A model generated the notes under the pieces. It did no database searches. It was not told where the DNA came from and was given only the letters and a program-made list of their open reading frames with translations. A stretch of DNA of 64,000 bases from a virus: the UHGV virus genome UHGV-0179803. The stretch is one strand, 5' to 3'. This document shows, piece after piece, positions 18,549 to 28,321 of the stretch; position 1 is the first letter of the stretch; each line of letters opens with the position of its first letter. A program made the translations under genes and the position numbers.

Positions 18549-18951
18549 CTTCGCCTATAGACATTTGTTGCTCTTTGTCCTGGCGTTTTGTGTACTTACG
18601 AACGTTCACGCGGTCTTCAACCGGAATATCATACGGCAGATCAGAAACCAGTAATGCATCTTCCGGTACTTCTTCTACGTCAAGAATATCCACACCATGA
18701 TAAATTTCTGGATACAGGAAATCTTTCCGCATTGTGCCAGCGAAGATATCTGCTTTACGATAATGTGTGGTTTTGTTTTTACAACGGACGTTCTTGCCTT
18801 TCATCACATCTATGTTCTTGAGGTCAAAACCTACAGCATAGAGTGCAGCCCGTAGCCCGTTTCTTGTCTTAAGATTAACACCTGGCAACTGTGCCAGAAA
18901 ATCAAGGGTCACAGAGATAAATACTTTCTTAGGTGTCATCATATCGCTCAT
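18487..18951 (-). CDS. hypothetical protein
   Basis: 154-aa ORF; overlaps downstream ORF so one start is mis-set. Confidence 0.4.
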   Translation of the reverse strand: MSDMMTPKKVFISVTLDFLAQLPGVNLKTRNGLRAALYAVGFDLKNIDVMKGKNVRCKNKTTHYRKADIFAGTMRKDFLYPEIYHGVDILDVEEVPEDALLVSDLPYDIPVEDRVNVRKYTKRQDKEQQMSIGEDEPFDIDDFKRLEKLFGLEA

Positions 18952-19057
18952 TTCTGTCTCTCCTTGAAGCCGTCCTTTGGGCGAGACGAACTTCTATTTT
19001 ACACTATATCTTGCGGTTGATCAATTACAAATTATCTATCGTTGGGCAAGGTTTTGC

Positions 19058-19264
19058 CTATCGGCACCTCCTTACCCTAAGATGATACTCTTTCTCTTTT
19101 GCTATGTCAATGTCTGCTTTAAACACCAAGTAACGATTGAGCATTTCTTGACACATATCGTGATTGATCCTGTTGGCAAAGACCAACTTTCCGTCCTTAT
19201 CCTGCACTTCCAGCCAGTCACCTTCATGCACTACAGGATCACCACCTTTAGCACACCGACTCAT
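19058..19264 (-). CDS. hypothetical protein
   Basis: 68-aa ORF. Confidence 0.3.
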   Translation of the reverse strand: MSRCAKGGDPVVHEGDWLEVQDKDGKLVFANRINHDMCQEMLNRYLVFKADIDIAKEKEYHLRVRRCR

Positions 19265-19266
19265 GG

Positions 19267-19869
19267 CTACTCCAGAATAGTATCCATGAAGTCTTCGATA
19301 TCATACCAGTCATCTGCCAAGCAGTCAACCGGATTAGTCAGCTCATAGAACTGTTCGTACGGAGTTTTCATTTTAATCAGGATCGTTTTAGCTGGATCAA
19401 ACTGATTAAAGAACTCATTACGGTCGTCTATCATCACATCACAATTGATGTTACCTTTGAAATGTGTAGCATAGAAACCGTGGCCCTGTGAGTGATCATC
19501 AAGGTCCATGAAATCTTGAGTCCAACGCTTCAGGAAGCGAACTTTTGAAGCCTGATGGCCTTTGTGGCACATTGAGATAAACGCAATCTGATGACCCTGT
19601 TTAACCCATTTCTTAAGAACATCCATTGCATGACCATACGGACGAAGACGATCATACAAGTATGGATCCTCCCAGAAATCTTTAGGTTTCAGCATATGCT
19701 TACTCGGTTCAGGGAAGTATTTACCCAGGTCGTAGAACAATCTACCATTCTTAGGATGCTCTTCTGGCAGAGTGAAATCACCATTCACTCTGTACATCGC
19801 TTCCATCCAGTTCCACCATGCACTATCTGTAGGAACAAGTGTGAGATCAACATCAACGCCGATTAACAT
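19267..19869 (-). CDS. HAD-superfamily phosphatase (putative 5'-deoxynucleotidase)
   Basis: N-terminal IGVDVDLTL (DxDxT motif) and VMIDDRNE; 200 aa. Confidence 0.55.
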   Translation of the reverse strand: MLIGVDVDLTLVPTDSAWWNWMEAMYRVNGDFTLPEEHPKNGRLFYDLGKYFPEPSKHMLKPKDFWEDPYLYDRLRPYGHAMDVLKKWVKQGHQIAFISMCHKGHQASKVRFLKRWTQDFMDLDDHSQGHGFYATHFKGNINCDVMIDDRNEFFNQFDPAKTILIKMKTPYEQFYELTNPVDCLADDWYDIEDFMDTILE

Positions 19870-19873
19870 ACTG

Positions 19874-20932
19874 CTACTCCTTTAAACTGTACACCCAGGG
19901 TTTAAGTATCGTTTTTTCTATCTCTTTTACAGCTTCCTTGACACTACCGTTGTTACTTACAGTATAGTGCTCGGCACAGGTATTTGTCAAGGGTTTTCGT
20001 GAATCGTTTTCCCAGGTACAACCTTGTCTTTCGAGATGTATAACAATAACTCTGAACCCCGCGTCTATAAGGACCTGCGCCTCTTCTTCAAAACCTGAAT
20101 CAGAGCACAACACCAGGTTGCACTTATCTAAACGTATAGAGTTAAGGGTAAACCTACCGAACCAATCTTTTCCGTATTTTGGTTTAACATACTCCTCACT
20201 TAAGAACTTGAACCACTCCCTGTTGGTATATAATTTACCACAAAACTCTATGTGTGGGATCCTCTCTTTGAAATCCCTGTTGTCATAAAAAGTTTCAAGC
20301 CTTTTATACATTTCCTTAGACAACAGTTTGCGGCTCCAGTACCATAAACCTGATTTAAAACTGGCCTTGAAATGGTGCAGCCTGAATGCGTTACATATAA
20401 AATCCTTGCCAGAGCCTGGAGGTCCATTTAGCAATACGACGGTTTTTATCTTAAGAGCATCCTCTGCAAAATCTCTAGCAAAAGCGGCTTCCTCAAAAGT
20501 ATCATAGTTCCCTAGAAATATAGACCTGTTGCTGCCGTCACCTATTCTAGCACACCATTTGCTATTATGTTTGCTAAAAGTTACTCCAGTTTTACCGCTT
20601 GTGTTGTTCGAATACTTATTGCACCGTTTAGCAGCGCTGTTGTTAAATGTTTTACTCGTGCATTCAAGATTCCACACATAGTCCCCTACGTGGACTCCGT
20701 GCTTGTGGTTTATTACCATATCTTCTGACAAGGGATAGTAAAACATTTCCCAGATAATCCTATGCCTTTTATATCTTTTACCATTGTACCAAATTCTCCA
20801 GTAACCCTTTTTTCCCTCTGGGCCTCCTGCAAGATCACCTGCGTTATGACTAAACCTCCCTTTTTTTCCTTCAGTTGCCTCTTTCCAGTACAGCTTGCCT
20901 TTATCATATGTGAAAATATTATTCCAATCCAT
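19874..20932 (-). CDS. HNH-AP2 endonuclease domain fused in frame to dNMP kinase
   Basis: N-terminus: KRHRIIWEMFY...INHKHG (HNH) and NTSGKTGVTFSKHNSKWCARI (AP2). C-terminus: LLNGPPGSGKDF P-loop and VIVIHLER, T4 gp1-like. No in-frame start between domains. Confidence 0.7.
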   Translation of the reverse strand: MDWNNIFTYDKGKLYWKEATEGKKGRFSHNAGDLAGGPEGKKGYWRIWYNGKRYKRHRIIWEMFYYPLSEDMVINHKHGVHVGDYVWNLECTSKTFNNSAAKRCNKYSNNTSGKTGVTFSKHNSKWCARIGDGSNRSIFLGNYDTFEEAAFARDFAEDALKIKTVVLLNGPPGSGKDFICNAFRLHHFKASFKSGLWYWSRKLLSKEMYKRLETFYDNRDFKERIPHIEFCGKLYTNREWFKFLSEEYVKPKYGKDWFGRFTLNSIRLDKCNLVLCSDSGFEEEAQVLIDAGFRVIVIHLERQGCTWENDSRKPLTNTCAEHYTVSNNGSVKEAVKEIEKTILKPWVYSLKE

Positions 20933-21123
20933 AATAATCTCCTACTGTTGAACAACACCAAACCACGATGCTGGAAACATACCGAGGTATCTGTTCATAC
21001 CGTGTGGGAGATATACCAGCACATCGCAACCGACCTGCTCAACCAGGTAGACACAACCGATCTGCAAAGTTTTATCAGCATCTTCTTTGAGGCATTTTGC
21101 TTTTAACATTATCCACTCCTGAG

Positions 21124-21141
21124 GGGCCGAAGCCCCTCCAG
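21124..21141 (-). other. GC hairpin (GAGGGGC-CGAA-GCCCCTC)
   Basis: stable tetraloop hairpin between exonuclease gene end and kinase gene start; no T-run, so terminator function uncertain. Confidence 0.3.
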
Positions 21142-21147
21142 CTTCTG

Positions 21148-22131
21148 TTAGATGATCTGAATTAATGTTTCTTTCATTTCTTCGCGTGTACGGATGTTGC
21201 GACGATCACGAGCGATTGAACCACAGTCATCACAGCGATACACCTCGAACTTACTTACCTGGGTGTAAGCATGAACACCATCTTGCTTGGTCAGGTGTAC
21301 ACCACCACAGCGTGGGCAACGCAGAACAGGTTCTTCGTCCTGATAATACAGCGACATGTTCGGATGCTGTTTTGCAAACGGACGTGCAAGCAGGTATAAA
21401 CCTTCCAAAGAGAGGATATCTCCTACATTATATTCACGCATTTTAGCAAATGCATTCAAGTCCCCATGCACACAGGATACCCACATTTGGAACGTGTGGT
21501 CCATAAGTTTTTGATTTTCAAGTTGAAAATACTTACAGGCATACTCCAACGTATTCGCATTTAAGTGGAATGCTTTCTTAATCATCTTCAAAGTATCCAC
21601 TTCTTTATACGGAGATACTGGTGGCATATTGTGAAACGCGAACCGCATGTTGCTCCAGTTATCATCAAAAGGGGCGTTATGGGCTATTGCTATATCGCAA
21701 GTATCCAAGTAATACCACAAATCTTCAATCAAATCATGGTCGTTGTGGATATCCTGTTGCCACATAGGGTAGTCAGGTAGACCACAGTCAACAACGGTTG
21801 GGCTATCGAGCCATTTACCAGCAAACGTCAGCATGTATGGGAAAATTTCAATCCCAGCAGGTTGGATGTTGGTTTTATAATGACCAAAAAACCACCCACA
21901 GGTTGGAGAGGTTTCTGTATCATATATCCAGATTTTAGCACCACGGTTCTCTTCCATGAAACGCTCAGCAGCTTCGCCAGCAATCTCATTGAAGTTAGCC
22001 TGGGCTTTTTTCAGCTGTAGACGAACCCAACTTTCACGGGATTCTTTACCTAATAACTCACGAGCTATCTGCCTATTGGTCCAACCCTGAGTCTTAAGCT
22101 CTACGATTTTTTCTACTGTTAAATCAGCCAT
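21148..22131 (-). CDS. DnaQ-like 3'-5' exonuclease with N-terminal HTH and C-terminal Zn ribbon
   Basis: IWIYDTETS (exo I), IAIAHNAPFD (exo II), HGDLNAFAKMREYNVGD (exo III-like); N-terminal LKTQGWTNRQIAREL; CPRCG...CDDCG. Confidence 0.55.
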   Translation of the reverse strand: MADLTVEKIVELKTQGWTNRQIARELLGKESRESWVRLQLKKAQANFNEIAGEAAERFMEENRGAKIWIYDTETSPTCGWFFGHYKTNIQPAGIEIFPYMLTFAGKWLDSPTVVDCGLPDYPMWQQDIHNDHDLIEDLWYYLDTCDIAIAHNAPFDDNWSNMRFAFHNMPPVSPYKEVDTLKMIKKAFHLNANTLEYACKYFQLENQKLMDHTFQMWVSCVHGDLNAFAKMREYNVGDILSLEGLYLLARPFAKQHPNMSLYYQDEEPVLRCPRCGGVHLTKQDGVHAYTQVSKFEVYRCDDCGSIARDRRNIRTREEMKETLIQII

Positions 22132-22141
22132 TTCATTATCC

Positions 22142-22372
22142 TTAGTAGAATCGTACGATATCCTGAACTTTGAAGTCTCGATACTCGCCTTTCTCTATGT
22201 CAAAAGCGTGCATCAGATAACAATCTTCAGGATGCCATTCTGTATGTCCGAACCAGATCTGTGGCTCTGTGACTATCCGATCAGAGTATTTACCTTTGTA
22301 GTTACGATAAAGAAATCTTAGTACAACTGCTTCACATGGTTTAAACACGGGTTTCTCTCTGATCTCCGACAT
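22142..22372 (-). CDS. hypothetical protein
   Basis: 76-aa ORF. Confidence 0.35.
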   Translation of the reverse strand: MSEIREKPVFKPCEAVVLRFLYRNYKGKYSDRIVTEPQIWFGHTEWHPEDCYLMHAFDIEKGEYRDFKVQDIVRFY

Positions 22373-22922
22373 AAAAGTCTCTCTCCTCTGTGTACTTAAT
22401 AAATTCCTGCATGTAAGCCTCTATGGCTTCATGTTTGGTTAAGCCTTCAGGTATGTCCAGATTAAGGTCTTTCTTCGCTCTGGCGATGATTGTGGCCTTA
22501 GAACAGCGCCTTAGGAACTTAGTCATGTCATCTCTGTAATTTTTGTGGAACGGGAGATCACTATAGTCATTTTCAAGATAGTCAGCCATCCGGCGCAACG
22601 CCTCTGATAGACTGCAATCTGTGTACTCTGCAACGTATTTCATCCAGTATTTCGTGATATACCCCTCCCAGGTATTCACACACTGTGATAAAACACCTCT
22701 ACAGTGTCCGTCTGCATGGTCATGGTCGAGTACTGGTTTGCGAAGTGGCTCGCCAAGTACAGGATCCAGACCACCCTGTTCCTCAGACATTTCTTCACGT
22801 AAAGCTGCAATTTCTTTTGAATCCTTTAACCACTTGCGCGTTACAGGTGCTTTCACAGCCTTGCGTCTCGCTTTTACCTTGCGCTTCCTGATATCCCCTC
22901 CCACCAACAATAACCTATCCAC
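22341..22922 (-). CDS. HNH endonuclease (endonuclease VII-like)
   Basis: LDHDHADGHCRGVLSQCVN matches Endo VII/HNH signature; real start probably internal (MSEEQGG) as track start overlaps upstream gene. Confidence 0.6.
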   Translation of the reverse strand: MDRLLLVGGDIRKRKVKARRKAVKAPVTRKWLKDSKEIAALREEMSEEQGGLDPVLGEPLRKPVLDHDHADGHCRGVLSQCVNTWEGYITKYWMKYVAEYTDCSLSEALRRMADYLENDYSDLPFHKNYRDDMTKFLRRCSKATIIARAKKDLNLDIPEGLTKHEAIEAYMQEFIKYTEERDFYVGDQRETRV

Positions 22923-23491
22923 AAAGCATCTGCTACGTCAGCCTTACCCATAGTCAAGTTCATACCGTCAAGAAACCCAGGCCACTTCCTTTCAGCAGCA
23001 GCGATCATAAGTTTCTTGTCCATTTTCACTTGCTTCGTAATAGTATGCTCCTTGCCGGAACGTTTGTCAACCTTTATTTCTTCATAAAAGGCAAGTTCTG
23101 GTGGTAAAAAGCTATGAGCCTGCTTTTTAGCAGCCGTTACGTTCACTGTGTGGATTTTCGATATGTCTCCGAGCGTCTTCAACATGGTAAGCTCAATAGC
23201 ATAGAACAGACCTGCCAAATCCTTGCCAGCGTTACCACGGGCAAGGTTGAAAGGCAAGTCTTCCATCACAAAGTGGTCTATCTTCCACTCTTCAGCGAGT
23301 GAGGCTATTTGTTCGCATAACCACTGTATACGTTCAACGGTAAAATGGGCTTGATAAGCCCCCTTTTTCACCTCTTTGGCACAACTGTCTGCTGTCTTAA
23401 AGACGGCTTTGTGTACCGGAACACCGTCCTGCCATATGCAACAGGCCGAATGTGTTAATGATTGGTCAACAGAAAGTAAAATCACTGTCAA
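22874..23491 (-). CDS. RuvC-like Holliday junction resolvase (putative)
   Basis: ILLSVDQSLTHSACC (first catalytic Asp), VMEDLPF, KADVADALWIG resemble RuvC/RNase H-fold catalytic motifs. Confidence 0.5.
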   Translation of the reverse strand: MTVILLSVDQSLTHSACCIWQDGVPVHKAVFKTADSCAKEVKKGAYQAHFTVERIQWLCEQIASLAEEWKIDHFVMEDLPFNLARGNAGKDLAGLFYAIELTMLKTLGDISKIHTVNVTAAKKQAHSFLPPELAFYEEIKVDKRSGKEHTITKQVKMDKKLMIAAAERKWPGFLDGMNLTMGKADVADALWIGYCWWEGISGSAR

Positions 23492-23495
23492 CTCC

Positions 23496-23933
23496 TTATA
23501 CCACAGGATCGAAATCCCTCAGCAAATTGATAATTATTTTCATCTGATCTTCGTAGAATCGAGGGTGTACGGCCCCGTCATCATACAAATTCTTTCCCAG
23601 ACCAATCTCAGATTCTTCTGTGAGACAGAAGCCTTGTTGTGTAAGCACCATAGCACCTTTATTCACCAGGTGCTGAAAGGCCAGCACAATGTTGTTGGCA
23701 ATCTTTGAACGACTCCAACCCATCCGGTGGAGGATCGTCTCCAGAGGAATAAGTTGTGGATCTGGTTCTTTATATAGCTCCTCCTCCCGAAGCAGGATTT
23801 GAGGAAGATTGTAAGCCTGCTGCACTCTACACAGCAGGTCTACCCTCTGCTCTTCATCAAGTTCGAGGATATCAGAAGCCCCCTTCACAAATAGCAAAGC
23901 ATCCTCAAGGCTCGCCATATCTTGTGGGTTCAT
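23496..23933 (-). CDS. hypothetical protein
   Basis: 145-aa ORF. Confidence 0.4.
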   Translation of the reverse strand: MNPQDMASLEDALLFVKGASDILELDEEQRVDLLCRVQQAYNLPQILLREEELYKEPDPQLIPLETILHRMGWSRSKIANNIVLAFQHLVNKGAMVLTQQGFCLTEESEIGLGKNLYDDGAVHPRFYEDQMKIIINLLRDFDPVV

Positions 23934-23984
23934 ATCCCGCTCCTGTTTATTAGCCAGAGTGATGTATACGTGACTGACCGTCTT

Positions 23985-24257
23985 CTACTGGTCAACCAGC
24001 TTAACCATGCAGTGGCCTTCTTTCCACTTAGAAATCGACTTCTCACCGTTAGAATAGTAGACTTCCAGTTTAGCACGGTTATTTTTGATCTGTATGACTT
24101 TTGCTGTCTCCAGAGCACCATAACCGTAATACACTGCAACAGTATCACCTACGTACACTGCACTGCCACGGTAGTCATGGATGTAATCAGTACCTTCTGA
24201 AACCATACTATCCACCTTATTCGAAGAAGTGAGTTCGAGGACAAGATCCTGCCTCAC
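23985..24257 (-). CDS. hypothetical protein
   Basis: 90-aa ORF, start uncertain. Confidence 0.35.
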   Translation of the reverse strand: MRQDLVLELTSSNKVDSMVSEGTDYIHDYRGSAVYVGDTVAVYYGYGALETAKVIQIKNNRAKLEVYYSNGEKSISKWKEGHCMVKLVDQ

Positions 24258-24420
24258 CTTGTTTCACCAGCTCGTACACTTCGCCTTGGCTCGTTTCATA
24301 GATACAAACTTTCTGCCCGTTGCCACGATAAGTGTCCACAAGGTAAGCTGTGTCACCTGCCAATGCAAAACCTGAAGCAAACACCACAGCAGAAATAAAG
24401 ACAGCCCACAGTGTTTTCAT
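24217..24420 (-). CDS. small secreted protein (signal peptide)
   Basis: MKTLWAVFISAVVFASGFALAG signal-like N-terminus, two Cys in mature part; no lipobox. Confidence 0.35.
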   Translation of the reverse strand: MKTLWAVFISAVVFASGFALAGDTAYLVDTYRGNGQKVCIYETSQGEVYELVKQGEAGSCPRTHFFE

Positions 24421-24482
24421 AGTGCCCTCCTCCTTATCAACAAGTGAAGTATACCAGAAACAAAGCAGGCTGTCAAATAAAC

Positions 24483-24962
24483 TTAATCTGTAACCACACC
24501 TCCAGCATTACGGAAAACCCTCAGCATTTTTTCAATATCCTCAACCCGCTGATCATAAAGTTTACCAGAACCTGGAGGTGGTGGGAAACTCGCCCAGCGG
24601 CTACGGCATTTATAGATAGCTGAACGGATCCTCCCTTCATAAATGTCATCAAGGGCTTTACATTCACGGATCAGTTGTTTTGCTATAGCATCCTGACTTG
24701 CTGGGCCGAAATCTCTTAAGCCGAGCTGTTTCATATAATGTTTGGCATATTTCTCCAAGATCTGATATCTGCCGAATGCTGATGACGTTAAGCCCGGACG
24801 TAGTTTGACATAAATACCTGGGTGTTTACTAAGATCTTCTATATACCTCCCGCCACACAAGATGTGATACGAAGCAGCTTCGCTACCGTAACGGTCAGTT
24901 CCTTCACTGAACGAAATCAACGAAAAAAATGCTCTCAATTGCTTATCCTTATTTAATTTCAT
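24483..24962 (-). CDS. endolysin (lambda R-like lytic transglycosylase)
   Basis: FFSLISFSEGTD, GRYQIL, QLGLRDFGPASQDAIAKQLI, WASFP closely mirror lambda R; RBS GGAGG. Confidence 0.9.
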   Translation of the reverse strand: MKLNKDKQLRAFFSLISFSEGTDRYGSEAASYHILCGGRYIEDLSKHPGIYVKLRPGLTSSAFGRYQILEKYAKHYMKQLGLRDFGPASQDAIAKQLIRECKALDDIYEGRIRSAIYKCRSRWASFPPPPGSGKLYDQRVEDIEKMLRVFRNAGGVVTD

Positions 24963-25684
24963 TTGAACCTCCGATTAAACCACTCTTCCAACAAACCGTT
25001 ATGCTTTGCATACTCTGCGGATTTTCTGACACATACAGCATCCCACCACTCTGCATATTGCCCTAGGTGATACCTTTTACTATTTTCAGAAATCTGAACT
25101 TGCCACTTTTCAGCATCATGTCTCCATTTAACACCTGTGCACCCCGACGTGTTATTAAGTTTAAGTGTTCTGCCTTTGTAAGTACCTAAAATTAGCTGTT
25201 TTCTTGCCTCTACAGCCTCGTCTTTGGTTCTAAAGTACCCAGCAAAAAGCGCCCCGCCTGTGATAGTGTTATATTCTGCATACCATAAACCGTTCTCACG
25301 TTTCTTATGAACGCCTGCGTGACCGTGTAAATTATTTTTCTGTAGTAAATTATTTCTTATACGATCCTTGTTATTCTCACTATATGTTCCCATAGCAAGA
25401 TTTTCTATATTATCCTGACCTTTTATGTCATTTAAATGCCTGACAAGAAAGTTTTTTGTTAGGGAGTTATAAAACATATCATAAACTATTCTATGACGTT
25501 TCCTCTCACGAACCTCCGAGGATTTAATACCGATGTACCCTTGCCTATCTTTACAACCCGCTTTTGTGCCAGCCTTTATAAAGAGTTGACTTTTGCCTCT
25601 ACCTCTGTAATGATTCTTTGTCCAAATTAGCTCCCCATCTTTGTACCAGAATGGGAAATTATCATTAAAGAAGAAATTAATCAT
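24959..25684 (-). CDS. HNH homing endonuclease with two AP2 domains
   Basis: RKRHRIVYDMFY...VRHLND...DNIENL (HNH); two AP2-like repeats (GVHKKRENGLWYAEY; NTSGCTGVKWRHDAEKWQV); own RBS; ATGA overlap with endolysin start. Confidence 0.85.
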   Translation of the reverse strand: MINFFFNDNFPFWYKDGELIWTKNHYRGRGKSQLFIKAGTKAGCKDRQGYIGIKSSEVRERKRHRIVYDMFYNSLTKNFLVRHLNDIKGQDNIENLAMGTYSENNKDRIRNNLLQKNNLHGHAGVHKKRENGLWYAEYNTITGGALFAGYFRTKDEAVEARKQLILGTYKGRTLKLNNTSGCTGVKWRHDAEKWQVQISENSKRYHLGQYAEWWDAVCVRKSAEYAKHNGLLEEWFNRRFK

Positions 25685-25693
25685 TTGTTCTCC

Positions 25694-26275
25694 TTAACAA
25701 TGTTTATTCCATACCGGAAGTGCGCCTGTCATATTGTAGGCCTCCTCCAGCGTTAACAATCTGCCCCACAGATCCCAACCGCAATCCATCTGCCTGCCGT
25801 AGCACTCTGTCCCAGTACCGTGATCATGCCCATACAGCTGCCTTGCACCGTAGCGTTTCTTGTTCCACGTAGCAAACTGGTAGTGGCTCATGCAGATTAG
25901 ATCTTCAAAGTCTCGACATTCGTAGTAGTCAACCACTTCATGACCAAACTCTTTCATGATTCGCACTGTGGTTTCAGTATCGTGATTCCCTCGGACAAGA
26001 ATAATATGACCGTTCATAATATCCAAAAAGTATTGCAGATCATGTGCAATATCTTTGTCCTTAGCACAACAAATGTCTCCCAGAAGGAACACAGTATCAT
26101 CTGGAGACACTTGATCATTCCACGCAGTGATAATCCCCCTGTGCATGGAGTCCAGATTACCTTTGTACAAACCTCTGTGTTTTTGAGATGAATCAAATTT
26201 CAGGATGTTTTTATGCAATAAGTGCAGGTCTGCTGTTACGAATTTCATTCTTCGGGAACCTCCTCCCCATCCCAC
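25694..26275 (-). CDS. calcineurin-like metallophosphoesterase (Ser/Thr phosphatase-like)
   Basis: motifs DLHL, GDICC, VRGNHD, GHDHG; start probably MKFVTADLH. Confidence 0.8.
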   Translation of the reverse strand: MGWGGGSRRMKFVTADLHLLHKNILKFDSSQKHRGLYKGNLDSMHRGIITAWNDQVSPDDTVFLLGDICCAKDKDIAHDLQYFLDIMNGHIILVRGNHDTETTVRIMKEFGHEVVDYYECRDFEDLICMSHYQFATWNKKRYGARQLYGHDHGTGTECYGRQMDCGWDLWGRLLTLEEAYNMTGALPVWNKHC

Positions 26276-26577
26276 GCTTTATTTTTGAAAAGTACCAGAG
26301 AGTATGCCGGACCAGTCGCATCTTCCTGCACACTGGTGAACACACATAGTTTTTCACCCTCAATTATCTCACAATCTCTGTTCAGAGTCAATGCGAAAAC
26401 ACGATCACTTGCAAAATCATCTGTGCAAAGAATGAAAGCATAATCATTTTCATCGTACAAGCGCCACATCCCTGTGGCTACGATGAACGTCGGCTTAAGC
26501 TGTGTTACACCAACTTTATGCTCGTCTTTGAACACTGCTGCCATGATTGCTAAATCACCGCCATCGATTTTATTCAT
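26245..26577 (-). CDS. hypothetical protein
   Basis: 110-aa ORF. Confidence 0.4.
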   Translation of the reverse strand: MNKIDGGDLAIMAAVFKDEHKVGVTQLKPTFIVATGMWRLYDENDYAFILCTDDFASDRVFALTLNRDCEIIEGEKLCVFTSVQEDATGPAYSLVLFKNKAWDGEEVPEE

Positions 26578-27713
26578 TTTATAATCCCCACCCTACGTAA
26601 AGTAGAAGATAAAGAAGTTTTGTCATTGAAAACACGCTTCATGTAAACAGCATCGAAAATAACGCCCATCCACTGACCAACCGAAATGTCCCGATCAATG
26701 CCGTTGAAGTCGGTGTATTTCACCCGCCCATCTGGGAACCACTCTTTGTACTGCTGGATCGTTGCTTCCCACAGCTCCAGCTCACTCTCGCATACAGACA
26801 ACAACTGGAATGCAGAAGCATCACCGAAGCGGCCTTTAGCAATCAACCCCTGATAAGGTTTGATGTTATCAGCAGTATCCCCACACAACATTTGGTAGTG
26901 GAAGAACATCTGGCCCCAGCCACCAACATCTCCATTCGGCTTCATGAAAATGTGGCCTATAGAGTCATCGATCAGCATCGGTGTTTCACGAACAAAATCG
27001 CCTTTGTCGTTACGCATCGGATCGAACAGCAGACCAGGGGTCTGGCGTTGATCTTTATCAATACTGATCACCAGTTTGTCGAATTTACCTGTCTGTTGGT
27101 AATGTAGCCAACCGGAGTATTGCTGGATTGCCAACCAATCATCAGCTTCCATACCATCGATCACCTGTGCGTTGAAGTGTTCCCGCAGGTATCTACGTGC
27201 ATCCGGTAACATCAGGGGTCGCAACATGTCAGCCCTGTTGGCCTTGTACTGTTCAGGCATAGGGAGATCCAGACGGAAGTTACCTTCCCCACCGAGCACG
27301 CCAATGCATCTTTCAACCGGGATACCCAAGTGGTTGAGCACAGCGTTAGCCTTGCATTTCAGTGTGTGGAGGCAATTCTCAACAGGCTCCGGTGTCTGTA
27401 TATCCAGCACATCAAAATCGTCACGGGTCCAGGGTGTAAACTCTTTACCAGCTTTTTTGCAACGTGCTTCACGGTTAGCATTCTCGGCTTTCAGCCAACC
27501 ACCTACAGCTTTTTTCTGTCTTCCCCAAAACTCTGTTCTAGTTTTGAACTCTTTCTTGCGGCCTGACGCTTTGTGAGTGACCTCAATGGTTCGTTTCTCA
27601 CAGCTTGCAGCAGCTTGATAAGCTACCTGATCAAAGTCGTAGTAGACCTTAGCATCAGGTTCAAGAAGATCTTTTAACTCCTCAATGGAGGTAAGTAATG
27701 GGTAGTCTCTCAA
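26574..27713 (-). CDS. 5'-3' exonuclease / flap endonuclease
   Basis: YKANR, GMEADDWLA, GDTADNIKP match Pol I-type 5' nuclease motifs; TTG start with RBS AGGAGG. Confidence 0.75.
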   Translation of the reverse strand: MRDYPLLTSIEELKDLLEPDAKVYYDFDQVAYQAAASCEKRTIEVTHKASGRKKEFKTRTEFWGRQKKAVGGWLKAENANREARCKKAGKEFTPWTRDDFDVLDIQTPEPVENCLHTLKCKANAVLNHLGIPVERCIGVLGGEGNFRLDLPMPEQYKANRADMLRPLMLPDARRYLREHFNAQVIDGMEADDWLAIQQYSGWLHYQQTGKFDKLVISIDKDQRQTPGLLFDPMRNDKGDFVRETPMLIDDSIGHIFMKPNGDVGGWGQMFFHYQMLCGDTADNIKPYQGLIAKGRFGDASAFQLLSVCESELELWEATIQQYKEWFPDGRVKYTDFNGIDRDISVGQWMGVIFDAVYMKRVFNDKTSLSSTLRRVGIIK

Positions 27714-27725
27714 AGTATCCTCCTG

Positions 27726-28313
27726 TTATTTGCCGCTATAAATTTTATTGAACAGCACATCATCCCCGTTACCGAGCATTTCACCGTAAGCATCACCAAA
27801 CCTTCCAGCAATAGCTTCAAGCGGGTACAGTATTGTTTTATCCAGTTCAACCAAAGCCATACCGTAGCGCTCTGCGTAATGTTTTAGTGCACGGTGCAAT
27901 GAGTCATCATCGTATTGAGATTTCTTAACATCACAAACTTTTCTGATGGCCTGCATATCAAAGAAACCTTTCTGATACCATTGTAGCATCAGTTGTCTGC
28001 GCTCATCAACAATAGTTTCTACCTCATGCAACACCTCATCAAGAGCATAGCCCTCTTTATGTGTGGAGGATTTACCACATTTAATGTAGTTACCATCTTT
28101 GCGTGGGGAAATTGTTTCGTGTTTCTTCTCCTCCTCCTGTGCAGGGGGTTTCAACCACAGGTCGGGGTGTTTACGGTCCTTAATATCAGAGTGATTTCTC
28201 TGATAACCATGTGTCCATGTGAACGTTTTACCAGGAATTTCGTATTTTTTGGCAAGTTCTTCACGATCTTTATCGTCTGTCACTTTCATAGTAGTCTCCA
28301 TGTGCAATTTCAA
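27726..28313 (-). CDS. hypothetical protein
   Basis: 195-aa ORF. Confidence 0.4.
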   Translation of the reverse strand: MKLHMETTMKVTDDKDREELAKKYEIPGKTFTWTHGYQRNHSDIKDRKHPDLWLKPPAQEEEKKHETISPRKDGNYIKCGKSSTHKEGYALDEVLHEVETIVDERRQLMLQWYQKGFFDMQAIRKVCDVKKSQYDDDSLHRALKHYAERYGMALVELDKTILYPLEAIAGRFGDAYGEMLGNGDDVLFNKIYSGK

Positions 28314-28321
28314 CGATCAAA

